64,000 bases of DNA, taken from positions 27,714,001 through 27,778,000 of the forward strand of contig NC_043015.1 of assembly GCF_006345805.1 (NCBI RefSeq). The letters run 5' to 3'. The position numbers and the translations under genes were made by a program. The notes under the pieces are model-generated. The model ran no database searches and was not told where the DNA came from. It saw only the letters and a program-made list of their open reading frames with translations. This document shows, in pieces, positions 39,101 to 51,375 of the stretch (position 1 is the stretch's first letter; each line of letters opens with the position of its first letter). Source of the stretch: Octopus sinensis. Its lineage: Eukaryota.

Positions 39101-40167
39101 TTTTTTTGATTCAGTGGCTATCAGTTCAGTGACGGCTAGGTTTATGCTGTTTATAATAGGTGTTGTTATTTTGTTTATTTTGATTCTTGGGAGGTATGGT
39201 CGGTGGTCCATTTTGAGCTCTGTGGTTTTCAGTTCTTTGATTATTTTATTTTTTATATTATCATAATCATTAGGCTCCCCTTCGTTGTTTAGATCGTGTT
39301 TGTTGGGAATGTTGCGTTTGTCTTCGTGTTTTACAGTTTCAGTGTTTATATTATTGGGCATTGTTGTGTGGCTTCTATCTACATTTTCCTGGTGTATGTT
39401 TTCTTTTAGGTGTTCTATTTCTATTTCTGATATTTTTTTTTGTGTTGAGAATGTATCTTTGTACGTTAGCTAATTTATTAGGGTTCATTGCTGTATCCAA
39501 GTCTATATCTCTATTATTTTCCTTCCATATTTTATATGTATGTGTTGTTGTATTTTCATTTTTGGGGTAGAGTACTGCTGTGAAGTATGCGTGTAAGATA
39601 GAAATGTATTCCTCACGTGTCCATTTACGTCTTTTGGGTTTTATTTGCGGGACATGAGGTACAACGTACGGCCCATTATTTTGACGGTCGTCATTTTCGT
39701 AGGGTACCGGTCCGTTTATTTCTGTTGTCACATTATTTCGCACGTGTAGTTTTTCGTACATTTTTTGTTGTAAGTTTAATGTACGTACCGCTCGATTGTT
39801 ATTCTTGGGTTAAATAGTATCGGTGGCATTTAATTTCTTCGTAGTTCCTTTGTACATGGTGTTTGGGGTCGGAGATGATCGTGATGTTCCACGCATGTTT
39901 ACATGTGTTGCGTTAGAGGCGGAGATGATATCGAGTCAAAATACATCATTTCGTTTCGAAAATAGTAATAAATTTCAATTAGTATTACTTACTCGGATAC
40001 AGTCCAATTCTTTGTTAGTAAAACTTTGGCTCCATAGGGTGTCCCTGTTTTCGATGTTTGTGGATAGATTTCGGAGCTCTGAATTTTCCTTCTTACATCT
40101 TAAACGTCCCCGGTGTTCTCCAACGTCCCCAGTGTTCTCCTTACGTCTCCGGTGTTCTCCTTAACAC
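36137..40167 (-). mobile_element. Near full-length (~4.0 kb) R4/Dong-type LINE: Myb-like N-terminus, RT, CCHC knuckle, RLE endonuclease
   Basis: ORFs 39375-39761 (KRRKWTREE), 38813-39361, 37725-38636 (GIFQGDTLSP, LLYMDD), 37522-37722 and 36249-37367 (CRICGDGQETINHIISSC, NRPDIVV, LIDVSIP, EKLSKYKDL). 5' UTR with three 19-20-bp tandem repeats and a 3' (AAT)n tail. Confidence 0.96.
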
Positions 40168-40301
40168 TAATAATAATAATAATAACAATCATAATAGTAA
40201 TAATAATAACATCAAAAAATACCTTAGGAATGAGAACCCAGGTTCGAAATTTCCCCAAGACACCTGAAGATGAGGACAAATATCCGTCAAATGTAAATAA
40301 T

Positions 40302-40304
<3 letters not shown>
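40168..40304 (+). mobile_element. Head-less copy of the tRNA/HHR SINE-like element (ribozyme-deleted form)
   Basis: 40201-40304 is identical to 45170-45273. Confidence 0.88.
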
Positions 40305-40354
<50 letters not shown>

Positions 40355-40401
40355 GTTATTATTATCATTATTATTTCAAATTCAATGACTGGCATCTGTG
40401 C

Positions 40402-40436
<35 letters not shown>

Positions 40437-40449
40437 GTATTATTATTAT

Positions 40450-40511
<62 letters not shown>

Positions 40512-40544
40512 GTTGTTATTATTATCATTATTATTTCAAATTCA

Positions 40545-41010
40545 ATGACTGGCATCTGTGCTAACGGAGTGCTAAGAGCACCATCCAAGCATGATCAATG
40601 CCAGAGCAGTTAGCTGACTTCTGTGCTGGTGGCACGTAAAAAGCACCATTCGAGTGTGATCATAACCAGCATTGCCTTACTGGCACTTGTGCCGGTGACA
40701 CATGAAAAAACATTTGAACAACGTCGTTGCCAGTGCCGCTGAACTGGCTCCTGTGCAGGTGGCACATAAAAAACACCATTTGAACATGACCGTTGCCAGT
40801 ACCGCCTGACTGGCCATCGTGCTGGTGGCCCGTAAAAGCACTCATTACACTCTCGAAGTGGTTGGCATTAGGAAGGGCATCCAGCTGCAGAAATTCAGCC
40901 AGATCAGATTGGAACCTGGTGCAGCCATCTGGTTTGCCTATCCTCAGTCAAATCGTCCAACCCATGCTAGCATGGAAAGCAGACATTAAACAATGATGAT
41001 GATGATGATG
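40545..41010 (+). mobile_element. RTE 3' UTR-derived element with tandem GGTGGCAC..AAAAAGCACC units and (GAT)n tail
   Basis: The tail matches the RTE 3' end (GGAAAGCAGACATTAAACAATGATG). Confidence 0.82.
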
Positions 41011-41029
41011 ACATGATTTTACTTGTCAG

Positions 41030-42270
41030 AAGTTTCCAATTACTTGCTCCAATTAATTCTGTGTAAGCAGACAGCAACCTGTTGTCAAAGGTCTCACAAG
41101 GACTCTTTCAACAATACTTACTACCCAAATGCCAATCTCAAAATCCTTGCTGTCCCCAATAGAGCAGTTTTTTTTTAACATGGTCAATTCTCATGCCAAT
41201 TCCAATTTCTTCAACATACTTCCCAAACTTAGTGCTTCCAGTACCCCACAACTACTGGGATGACAGTTCTCTCTTCATTGCCCGCATACTTGCAATTTCG
41301 TCTTTTTGTAATTTGTATTTTCCATTTTTTGCAGTTCTTTGTTTTGTATGCTTGCATCCCCAGGAATGACAATAGCTACAAGCTTGGCTTCCTTCTTCCT
41401 TTTATCCACAACACTGTCTGATCTCCAAGCATCAATAAGTGGATTGTAAAATCCGATAAAATTTTATATTCATTATCCTCATTGATGCTGTCTAATTTAT
41501 ATTTGTACCATTTTTGTGTTCTTTCAAGACCGTACATTTCACACAGTCTCTAGTGACCAAACTTAGCTACATTGACATGCCTCCCTTTGTATTCTTTTTG
41601 GGCCAGCTTGCTACACTTACACACAATATGAGAGATTATTTTGGTTTTTCTACCACGCATCCTACAAAGGGGTGATTCATTGTTCTTATTTATTTGGAAC
41701 TTGGTGTAATTAGTTCTCATTGCTTGTTCCCCGGTGCTGCATATCAATGTCTCACTGCATCCATTCAGATCACTTTTCTTTAGCCACCTCCAAGTGTTGG
41801 TCTTGTCTTTTCCTTTGATTTCTCTGATGTATTGCCCATGCATTGTTTTCATTTTCCAGTTGTTTAATCATTGTTCTCTATCTTATTTCTTAAATGCTTT
41901 TGGGTACCTTCACAGACAATTTCCTCATTGACAACACAAATCTTGCATCCTATGGGGCTTTTTCTTCCCTTGTTTCTTGGCATATACAGTCTATTGACAT
42001 CACTTTTAGGATGCAGTTCCTCATTCATTGTCATCACTTTCCGGGTTTTTCTATCCATTTACTCAAGCTCGTTCTTTAATCACCTAACAACACCTGTGCC
42101 ATATCGCATTAAGGAAACAATCCATGTATTCATTACTCAGATCTTGATCTTACATTCAGTCACCTCTCCATAATCAACTTGGTTCTTCTGAGATATTCTC
42201 ACTTCAAGCTTATCTTCATCTCACTTTCTTCAATCTTGTGGTGGTTCCTTCTACAGTTAGAGATTGGCAC
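41030..42270 (-). mobile_element. Decayed R4/Dong-type LINE 3' half
   Basis: ORFs 41550-41852 and 41864-42058 (LHPKSDVNRLYMPR; PLCRMRG). Confidence 0.82.
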
Positions 42271-42279
42271 TTCTTTATA

Positions 42280-42420
42280 CATCTCTCTTGCACACCACAT
42301 CTGATGCCTTTTATGCCAAACTTTTCTCTCAAGTTGCTTACACTCAGTCATACATGCACACTGACATTGCACATTCAGTGAAGCATACTAGCTTCATTTC
42401 TTTCAAGCCTACGCATGTTT
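42280..42420 (-). mobile_element. RTE LINE fragment
   Basis: Homologous to 16860-17000 and 47700-47830. Confidence 0.7.
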
Positions 42421-42429
42421 TATGTATAT

Positions 42430-42459
<30 letters not shown>

Positions 42460-42468
<9 letters not shown>

Positions 42469-43185
42469 TATATTAAATTAGAGATAAAACCACTATTAGG
42501 CAAATCATACAATGAAAAACTTAAGCCAATACATAAGTTCGTTTAAGTTAGTTTTTTTGTATTTTGAAATTAACTATTTCATCTTTAAATATGAAAAATT
42601 AAATTTATTAGGTTTTTATTATATACAATTATTTATAGAGATTATTTTAGATCTTGATTATAATATTTATATATATATTTTCATTGATAATTTATATATA
42701 TTAGTCATTTTAAATATTTATGTAATTAGATATAGACTAATATTGATATTAGATTATGGGTTTCCTACTTTATAAATTAAAATTAATATTTACATTATAG
42801 TCGATTTGGATATAATCATATTTGATAATAGAGTTTATTATAAGTAAAATTATTATATTATATATATTATTTATATCTTAAAAATATTGATTATCATTTA
42901 GATATTTAAACCACCTAAAGAATGACTGTAACTCGAAAATTTTAAGAATTGAACAGCCATGAAACGATCGTAGTGTTATATTAATTATCTTTTTTAATAA
43001 TTTTGATATATATTTAAATAATATAAATTAATTAATCTTATGTATTGGCTTAAGTTTTTCATTGTATGATTTGCCTAATAGTGGTTTTATCTCTAATTTA
43101 ATATAATATAATATTTTACTATAAAATTGGATTCAATCTTAAATCTGATTTTTCCCTGTAAGTTTGGATTTATTCCCTAATATTT

Positions 43186-43190
<5 letters not shown>
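42460..43190 (+). mobile_element. AT-rich element with ~79-bp inverted repeats and an HHR relic, embedded in (TA)n; probably Penelope-derived
   Basis: 42460-42538 is the reverse complement of ~43037-43114. TA microsatellites on both sides. Confidence 0.8.
42912..42975 (+). ncRNA. Degenerate type I hammerhead ribozyme (G5 to A)
   Basis: CAC-CTAAAGA-ATGACTGT...ACAGCCAT-GAAAC-GATC-GTA-GTG. Palindromic stem III ACGATCGT. Confidence 0.6.
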
Positions 43191-43229
<39 letters not shown>

Positions 43230-43234
43230 AAATG

Positions 43235-43620
43235 ATAATCTCTAAACATGGAGGGAACCTGTGTAAGAGGTAGATCCAGGAAGATATGGGATAAGGTGGT
43301 GAAATATAATCTTCAGATGTTGAGTCTCACAGGGACAATGACAAGTGACCAAGACTTTTGGCAATTTGTTGTGTTTGAGAAGATACATCAAGTTAAGTGA
43401 AATCGTAATTATGGCCAGTGCTGGAGACATGTAAAAGGCACTTGGTACACTCTGTGGAGTGGTTGGCATTGCAAAAGGGCATCCAGCCATAGAAACTAAG
43501 ACAGACTAGAGCCTGGTGCAGCTCTCCAGCTTACCAGTTCCAGCCAAACTGTCTAACCCATGCCAGCATGGCAAATGAATGCTAAATGATGATGGTGATG
43601 ATGATGATGATGATGATGAT
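43235..43620 (+). mobile_element. 5'-truncated RTE LINE 3' end
   Basis: EGTCVRGRSRKIWDKVVK...DQDFWQFVVFEK followed by 3' UTR and (GAT)n. Confidence 0.85.
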
Positions 43621-44845
43621 ATATATATATATGTATGTATACATAAATATATATATATGCACATGCAAATGTATATCACACCTCTATATAGAGTTCACGT
43701 TATATTTCTGTCTGCAGCTTCTTGATTTAAACCTCATGGACTTCTGGAGCTGAAAGTCCTCACAATAACATAGCATTATTGAAGGCCACCATTGTCCTGG
43801 TGATGTGCTAAATGAATAAGTACCATTTAGTGCAGGCTTATCAATGACTCTAGTCTTATGCTGAAGCACTCATCAATGCTGAAGGTGGATTCACAGAATA
43901 ATCTTATAAGAAAGCCTAGCAAGAACATCTGCACATATTTTTATGAAAATACATTTGATTTTTATTAGATTAGAATTTTTTATATAGAATAACCAAATAC
44001 GTCCTCAAATACCTCTGGTACTCTGTACGTTCTGTATATACATAATTGCACACACACAAGTAGACATATACACACATACGCACACCCATACATACATACA
44101 TACGTACATACGTACATACATACATACATACATACATACATACATACATACATACATACATACATACATACATACATACATACACACATATGGGTACCCT
44201 TCTGAACTCACACAAATATACACATAAGCAGATATAATCTGTTACATATATGCACATGCATGCAAATGTTCAAGGTAGAATGCAGAGTAATTAAGATTGT
44301 CAGTTGCTTTGAGGTAATTAATTTCAAGGTGAGACTGTGTTATGAAGAAAGAAGAAAACAGGTGTTTGGAGACAGGAATGTAATACTGCTTATTTATTTA
44401 TCAACATATGTTAACAAAGAACAATATACATGTGTGAGAGCTGGGTGAGAATTAGAAATGCTGGTATGTAATAGCCGTAGTTATTAGTGTTTGCTTTTTT
44501 AACATGTATTAATTAACAAAAAGAAATATATATCAAGGGAGAACTGGCTGCTATATTGTCTAGTTAATACTTACAGGTTTCAGCTATTGGTTCATGTAGA
44601 CATATAGACATTCATTAAAGATGGTAGGATGTTGATTGAAGGATGTCTTGTTGTTAATGTAGAATCAGAATAATAAAAAGGTAAAATGATGGGTAATAGG
44701 ATATAAGATATCAGTTATGATTCCAGATTCAATATTGTTATTTAGATCTCACTCTTGGTCAAAAGTATTCCTACTATAAGCATTTTTTCATTGCTAATGT
44801 ATCTAGGACAATACTGTTCTATATTTAAGAGATGAGGAATTATGT

Positions 44846-45273
44846 ACATTATTTGCATTATTTACATTATTTACATTCAATGGATATTTGTCCTCATCTT
44901 GTTTGTTGTTAACACAACGTTTCGGTTGATATACCTTCAAGCCTTCTTCAGATGTCTTGGGGAAATTTCGAAACTGGGTTCCTTAAAACCAGTTCCCATA
45001 AGGAAGGACAGAAAAATATTAGATTTATAAGCCCTAAAATTCACTCCATAATTGCCCATGGGCATATGGCGTAGTGGTTAAGAGCATGGGCTGCTAACCC
45101 CAAGAGACCAAGTTCGATTCCAAGCAGTGACCTGAACGATAACAATAATAATAACAATCATAACAGTAATAATAATAACATCAAAAAATACCTTAGGAAT
45201 GAGAACCCAGGTTCGAAATTTCCCCAAGACACCTGAAGATGAGGACAAATATCCGTCAAATGTAAATAATGTA
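44846..45273 (+). mobile_element. tRNA-headed SINE-like element with an inverted, HHR-containing copy of its 3' part placed upstream
   Basis: A box TGGCGTAGTGG (45067-45077) and B box GTTCGATTCC (45112-45121). 44846-44992 is an inverted copy of the 3' body. 17-bp direct repeat at 44795-44811 and 45267-45283. Confidence 0.82.
44911..44956 (-). ncRNA. Minimal type I hammerhead ribozyme motif (loop-less palindromic stem III)
   Basis: Minus strand: GACAT-CTGAAGA-AGGCTTGAAGGTATATCAACC-GAAAC-GTT-GTGTT. Confidence 0.62.
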
Positions 45274-45704
45274 TCTAGGACAACATTATTTAATGTATCC
45301 CTGCATTTTAAAGGATGGTCATGGTATTATTTGAAACAGATTTTGTAATTATTTCAAGCAGGTTAAAACAATCATATAAAGGTGCCCTCGTTGCCTTTCA
45401 AACCTAATGAAAGTAGCAGGCTGGAGTGGGGCAAACTTTATAATTCTGCTGTATAGTTCCATCCATTTACATACTGACTTCAAATCCTACCCAACTCCAT
45501 TTTGCCTTCTATGCTTATAAAAGTAATACCAGTTGATAAAATATGTATTGGATAAACTATAGAAAGTGTCCCAGCATAGCTGCAAATTACTGAGACCAGT
45601 AAAAGTATAAATGCTCAATGTGTCCGTATGTGTTTGTGTATCTGAGTACAACACTTCATTTTGAATTACTTCAGTTGGCTTAGTATCAGGAATATGTACA
45701 AGAT

Positions 45705-46045
45705 TTTCTGGTACCTGGCTCAGTGGTTAGAGCATCGGGGTCAAAATCATGAGGTAGTGAGTTCAATTCCCATACCAGACTGTGTGTTGTGTTATTGAGC
45801 AAGACACTTTATTTCATGGTGCTCCAGTTCACTCAGCAATAGAAATGAATTGCAATATCATTGGTGCCAAGCTGTATCAGTGTTTGCTTTTCTCTTGGGT
45901 AACATCGATAGTGAGGAGAGGGGAGGCTGGCATGCATGGGTGACTGCTGGTTTTCCATAAACAACCTTGCCAGACTTGTGCCTCAGAGGATGACTTTCAA
46001 GGTGCAATCCTATGGTTATTTATGACTGAAAGGGATCTTTATTCC
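45705..46045 (+). mobile_element. tRNA-derived SINE, a further family
   Basis: A box TGGCTCAGTGG, B box GAGTTCAATTCC, then TTGAGCAAGACACTTTATTTCA core. Confidence 0.75.
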
Positions 46046-46395
46046 TGACTTTTTAAGCCTTTCTTTACAATATTTCTGTTGAAATACACAGTCCTTAATT
46101 TTGAAAATAAAGAAGAGTTTAGTAAAATAACATTGTCATTATTAAGTTGGTGTCTTGAACATAAAATTTTGACAAAATATTTATAGACCATTTTAAAACA
46201 AGAAGTTTGTATCATAGAGCCATGGCTGGTCTCAGGCAGATTAGTATGAAAAGCTTTGAGGTACGAGTCCATATGTCATCAGCAACACAACAATCTACCA
46301 ATGGATACAGAAACTTCCACCAAAGACAGTTCCCTTCAAATTACAATCTACAGTTTAAAAAAAAAGAAAGAAATATAGATATTGTAGTTCTAAAT

Positions 46396-46546
46396 CAGCC
46401 ATGGACAAACTGTGGTCAATGGGTCAGAGGATTTTCTGAATGGCACACCAGTGAAAAATTACTTAGAGCATATCAAGTGTTGGTACCCACCTGATGATGA
46501 GCCATGTTTCATGTGGTCCACTTTTTGGAAAAGTTGCTCATGACTG
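46396..46546. mobile_element. Possible decayed hAT-type MITE
   Basis: Imperfect terminal inverted repeats CAGCCATGGACAAACT / AAGTTGCTCATGACTG. No clear 8-bp TSD. Confidence 0.35.
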
Positions 46547-47639
46547 ATATGGTGTGTCTATAAAAAAAGAGAAAGAGAAAGCATGATTACAGCTGGAATG
46601 TCTTTCATCATAGGTCTGTTTGAAGAGGGCTTAATTAGAGCAAAACAACATGACCAAGAGAGTACCATTGTGATCCTTTGATTTCCAAGAAATAGTGACC
46701 AGTTCTGCTTCATATACTTAAAAATAGAAAATATATTTTTGATTTGCAGTTCTAGAAATACAGCATTTAAAAAACTGATAAGAGAATGTGTTTGATCATA
46801 ATGGAATGTGTTTGATCATAGGTCTGTTGAATCAGAGCTGACCTAATTGTTATGAGCAACAGTTAATCTGAGTAGGAGTAATAAATATTTCATTGGGTTG
46901 TATTTAAAAACAAAAATGTTCTCAATATCTTCAAAAATAAATATTAAAATTAAGCAATTTACAAAAATAAATAAAAGATAAGCAAAAACAAAATTAAAAG
47001 GAATAATATTACTAAATCTTCTTAAAATACTTCTTTTATATTTTAATGGATAGCAAGTTGACTTTGAATGGAAATTATTAGCAAACAAAATTTCATTTGA
47101 ATCAGAAGTTTATTGTTGTTGCTAATCCTTGGATTATCTTTTGTTTACAAAATAAATCATTAAATAAAGCATTTACTTAATTAGATGAGTCTCTGAAGAA
47201 CAGGTAGTTATTTCACACAAGAGAGTAAAAATTCAACATATTGCAATTTAACTTCACACCCCCCACACCCCCACACACATACAAACACACATATACATGC
47301 ATATATACATATACACATGTACACACACATACACATATGTACACACATGTGCACACACACACACATTCATACACTATACATACACACATGCACATATGCA
47401 CACATACATACATTTACACATGCACACATACATACACATATATGCATATTAACTCATAAACACACACATGCACACACACACACACACACGCACACACACA
47501 CACACACAAATAAATACAGTTTGCCTCACTTATGCACTTTTTTATGCTTGTTGTTGTTGGATAACCTTAATTGAGGTCTGATTCATAGTCTAAAGTGTTC
47601 CGTTCATGCCCATCAATCCACAGTTTTCAGTTTCTTTGC

Positions 47640-49320
47640 ATTGTCCATTGTATCAAATTCTTTTTTAAGAAGGAACGGTTTGAACATGACCCTACCAGCA
47701 CAGTCATCTCTTTTACACACCACATCTGATTCCTCTTATGCCTAACTTTTCTTACACGCTGTCAAACATGCATACTGACATTGCACATCCAGTGAAGCAT
47801 ACTGACTTCATTTCTTTCAAGCCTACACATGTCCTCAGCTGTTATAGCCCATGTTTCACTGCCATGCAGTATAGCTGTTTGCATGCAGCCACCAAACAAT
47901 CTGTCTTTCACTCTGAGAGGCCCTTTGTTGCCAGCAGGGGCAGGACCTCTCTGAACTTTGCCCAGCCTAATCTTATTCTCACAGCCACACTCTCTGAACA
48001 ACCACCTCCACTACTAACATAGTTGCCTAGATACTGGAAGCTATCTACTACTTCTAGCTTGCCCCCTTCCCCCCACCCCCGCCAGCTGATGGAGTCTATT
48101 TTTTGCACATGTTTAGCATATATTATGTTTGTGCACCTTCCACATACAAAAGTTAGTTTTTCTAATAACCTTCCTTTGTTGTTGCTGCACCTTTTTTGTG
48201 CTCAAAGCTTACACTGGGTGCATATATCATCATCATCATTTAACGTCCACTCTCCATGCTGGTATGGGTTAGACTGGAGCTGATGGGCTGGGGAGCTGCA
48301 TCAGGTCCCAGTCTGATAGGCATGGTTTCTACAGTTGGAGGGTGTTCCTAATGCTAACCACTCCAGGAGTGTAATGAGTGCTTTTACATACCACCGACAC
48401 AGGCACCATTTATATGAAACCAACAACCATGACTACAATTCACAGGTGCCATTTACATGACACAAGCAATGAGCACAACTATGATGCATGGGTGCCATTT
48501 ACATGGCACCAGCAACAACTACAACTATGACTTTGATTCATGGGTGCTATTAACAAGGCACCAGCAATGGCCCAACTCCAATATTTCATAGGTGCCATTT
48601 TCATGGCACTGGCAATGACCGTGATTGCAATTTCACAGGTGCCAATTACATGTCACTGGCATGCCACAACTACAATTTCATTTGACCTGACGAGTCTTCT
48701 CAAGTGCAGCATATCTCCAAAACATATCTCAGTCATTTGTCATCACCTTTGAGAGGCCCAACATTCAAAGATCATGCTTCAACACCTCATCCCATGTCTT
48801 CCTGGATCTACCTCTTCCACAGGTTCCCTCCACAGTTAGAGACTGGTGCTTCCTTACACAGCTATTCTCAGCCATATGCATCACATGACCATACCAGTGC
48901 ATCCATCTTTTTTGCATACAACATCTAATGCCCAACTTTTCTCTGTCATATATGCACACTGACATTGAACATCCAGCAAAGCGTACTAGCTTCATTTCTT
49001 TCCAGCTTATGCCTGTCCTCAGTGCTCATAGCCCATTTCCCTGCCATGTAGCATAGCTGTTCACATAAGCATTATACTGTCTTCCTTTCATCCTGAGAAA
49101 GTGGCTCTTTATTACCAACAGAGATAGGAGCTTTCTGAACTTTTCCCAACCTATTCTTATTCTTGCAGTTATGCTCTTGGAGCATCCACTCCACTACTGA
49201 TTTGGTCACCTACATAACGAAAGCTATATACTACCTATAGTTTACCCCACTGGCATTGGATGGAGTCTATTTTCTCTATATTTGTAATGTTTATTGTACC
49301 TGAGTACCTTCCACACACAA
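47640..49320 (-). mobile_element. Two adjacent decayed RTE LINE 3' fragments
   Basis: ORFs 47762-48001, 47908-48108 and 48765-48995 (LHGSETW, WYGHV, GRGRSRKTW). 3' UTR with tandem GGTGCCATTT units at 48380-48690. Confidence 0.82.
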
Positions 49321-49734
49321 AAATTATTTATATATATATATATAAGGCAAGGCATAAATAATAGTCATTATTTTCCTTTATTGTAATAAATTTGACTTAC
49401 CGCTGTTTCCAGTAGTCATTATAAGCTTGTTATTGGTAGCTTTACTCAATTGGCCCATCAGTTTGTTGAGAAAAATTGGACAACCTAGGTAATTAATGCT
49501 ACATTCATCAGAGTCATTTCTGGTCATGACCAAGCAGAACACTGAAGGAATGGTACAGGCATGGGCAGGGGATTTAGAGAAGCAATAAGAATATGTATAA
49601 GGTAAGAGGAAGAGAGAGAAAGAGGAAAGGGAAAGAGATGTTATGATTTGGAAAAGAAGGGCTAAAGTGAAGAGAAGGAAAGAAAGGAATAGAGGGAATA
49701 AAGGCAGAGAGGCATTCGATATATGCTCTTTTAC

Positions 49735-50245
<511 letters not shown>

Positions 50246-50264
50246 TACGCCTATATATAAAAAA

Positions 50265-50309
<45 letters not shown>

Positions 50310-50899
50310 AAAGCCACAAAAGACAGAGAAATAGTTTGATGAAATTTTATTTAACAAGAAAATTCTAATTTCATGATAAATTGTTTTGTAACTTAAAAAT
50401 ATGTAATTAATTTATATTATTATATTTAATAATAAATCAATTACTTCCATACCTGCATTAATGCAAAATGCAAAAAATCCTTCAAAATAATACAGAATTT
50501 AAGCTATATATACTCACACACACATATATTTGTATTTATAAAAATCAATATAAGTACATGGCTATCTTTTTGGACACATTTCTTTCTCAGTTACAAGCTT
50601 GTCCTCATTAACATGCTTTTCAAGCCCCACTTAGAGAGAAGTGAATTTGTTGAAAGATGGGTAAAATTGGCAAGCATGACTCAAAAAAAGGTCCAACTGA
50701 TAGAAGGCATCTGTAAATCAAGGGGAAACTGCTGGCAAAGGGTATTTACCCATGGTAGTTTGGATAATACTGGAAATTATTGGCTTTGTGTGATACTCCT
50801 TATCTCTAAGGACTCTTTCTATATCTTGTGTATTCCATTCTATCTATTCTCAACCATTCTTTCTTTCTGTCACCCACATTTAATGTAAACCTACACATG

Positions 50900-51375
50900 C
50901 GCAGGAGTGGCTGTGTGGTAAGTAGCTTGCTAACCAACCACATGGTTCCGGGTTCAGTATAGGTGCAGGAGTGGCTGTGTGGTAAGTAGCTTGCTAACCA
51001 ATTACATGGTTCCGGGTTCAGTCCCACTGCGTGGCACCTTGGGCAAGTGTCTTCTACTATAGCTTCGGGCCAACCAATGCCTTGTGAGTGGATTTAGTAG
51101 ACGGAAACTGAAAGAAGCCTGTCGTATATATGTATATATATATATGTATGTGTGTGTGTTTGTGTGTCTGTGTTTGTTCCCCCTAGCATTGCTTGACAAC
51201 CGATGCTGGTGTGTTTACGTCCCCGTCACTTAGCGGTTCGGCAAAAAGAGACCGATAGACTAAGTACTGGGCTTACAAAAAGAATAAGTCCCGGGGTCGA
51301 GTTGCTCGACTAAAGGCGGTGCTCCAGCATGGCCGCAGTCAAATGACTGAAACAAGTAAAAGAGTAAAGAGAGAG
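50900..51375 (+). mobile_element. Young SINE family A copy with a tandemly duplicated 5' head
   Basis: The head occurs at ~50900-50958 and again from ~50964. CpG-rich body. Confidence 0.92.

Noticed and set aside
40103-40160. 19-20-bp direct repeats as a CRISPR array (also the ~50-bp units at 16310-16490, 40620-40840 and 48380-48690)
   Set aside because: Contiguous or degenerate tandem units within LINE UTRs, no unique spacers, no cas genes, eukaryotic context.
42480-43100. Very AT-rich stretch resembling a mitochondrial insertion (NUMT)
   Set aside because: No recognisable mitochondrial gene or tRNA. Bounded by inverted repeats and contains an HHR relic.
45061-45135. Possible tRNA-Ser(GCT) gene
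   Set aside because: A and B boxes and an anticodon-like arm are present, but there is no acceptor stem or long variable arm. It continues into a repeat body, so it is a SINE head.
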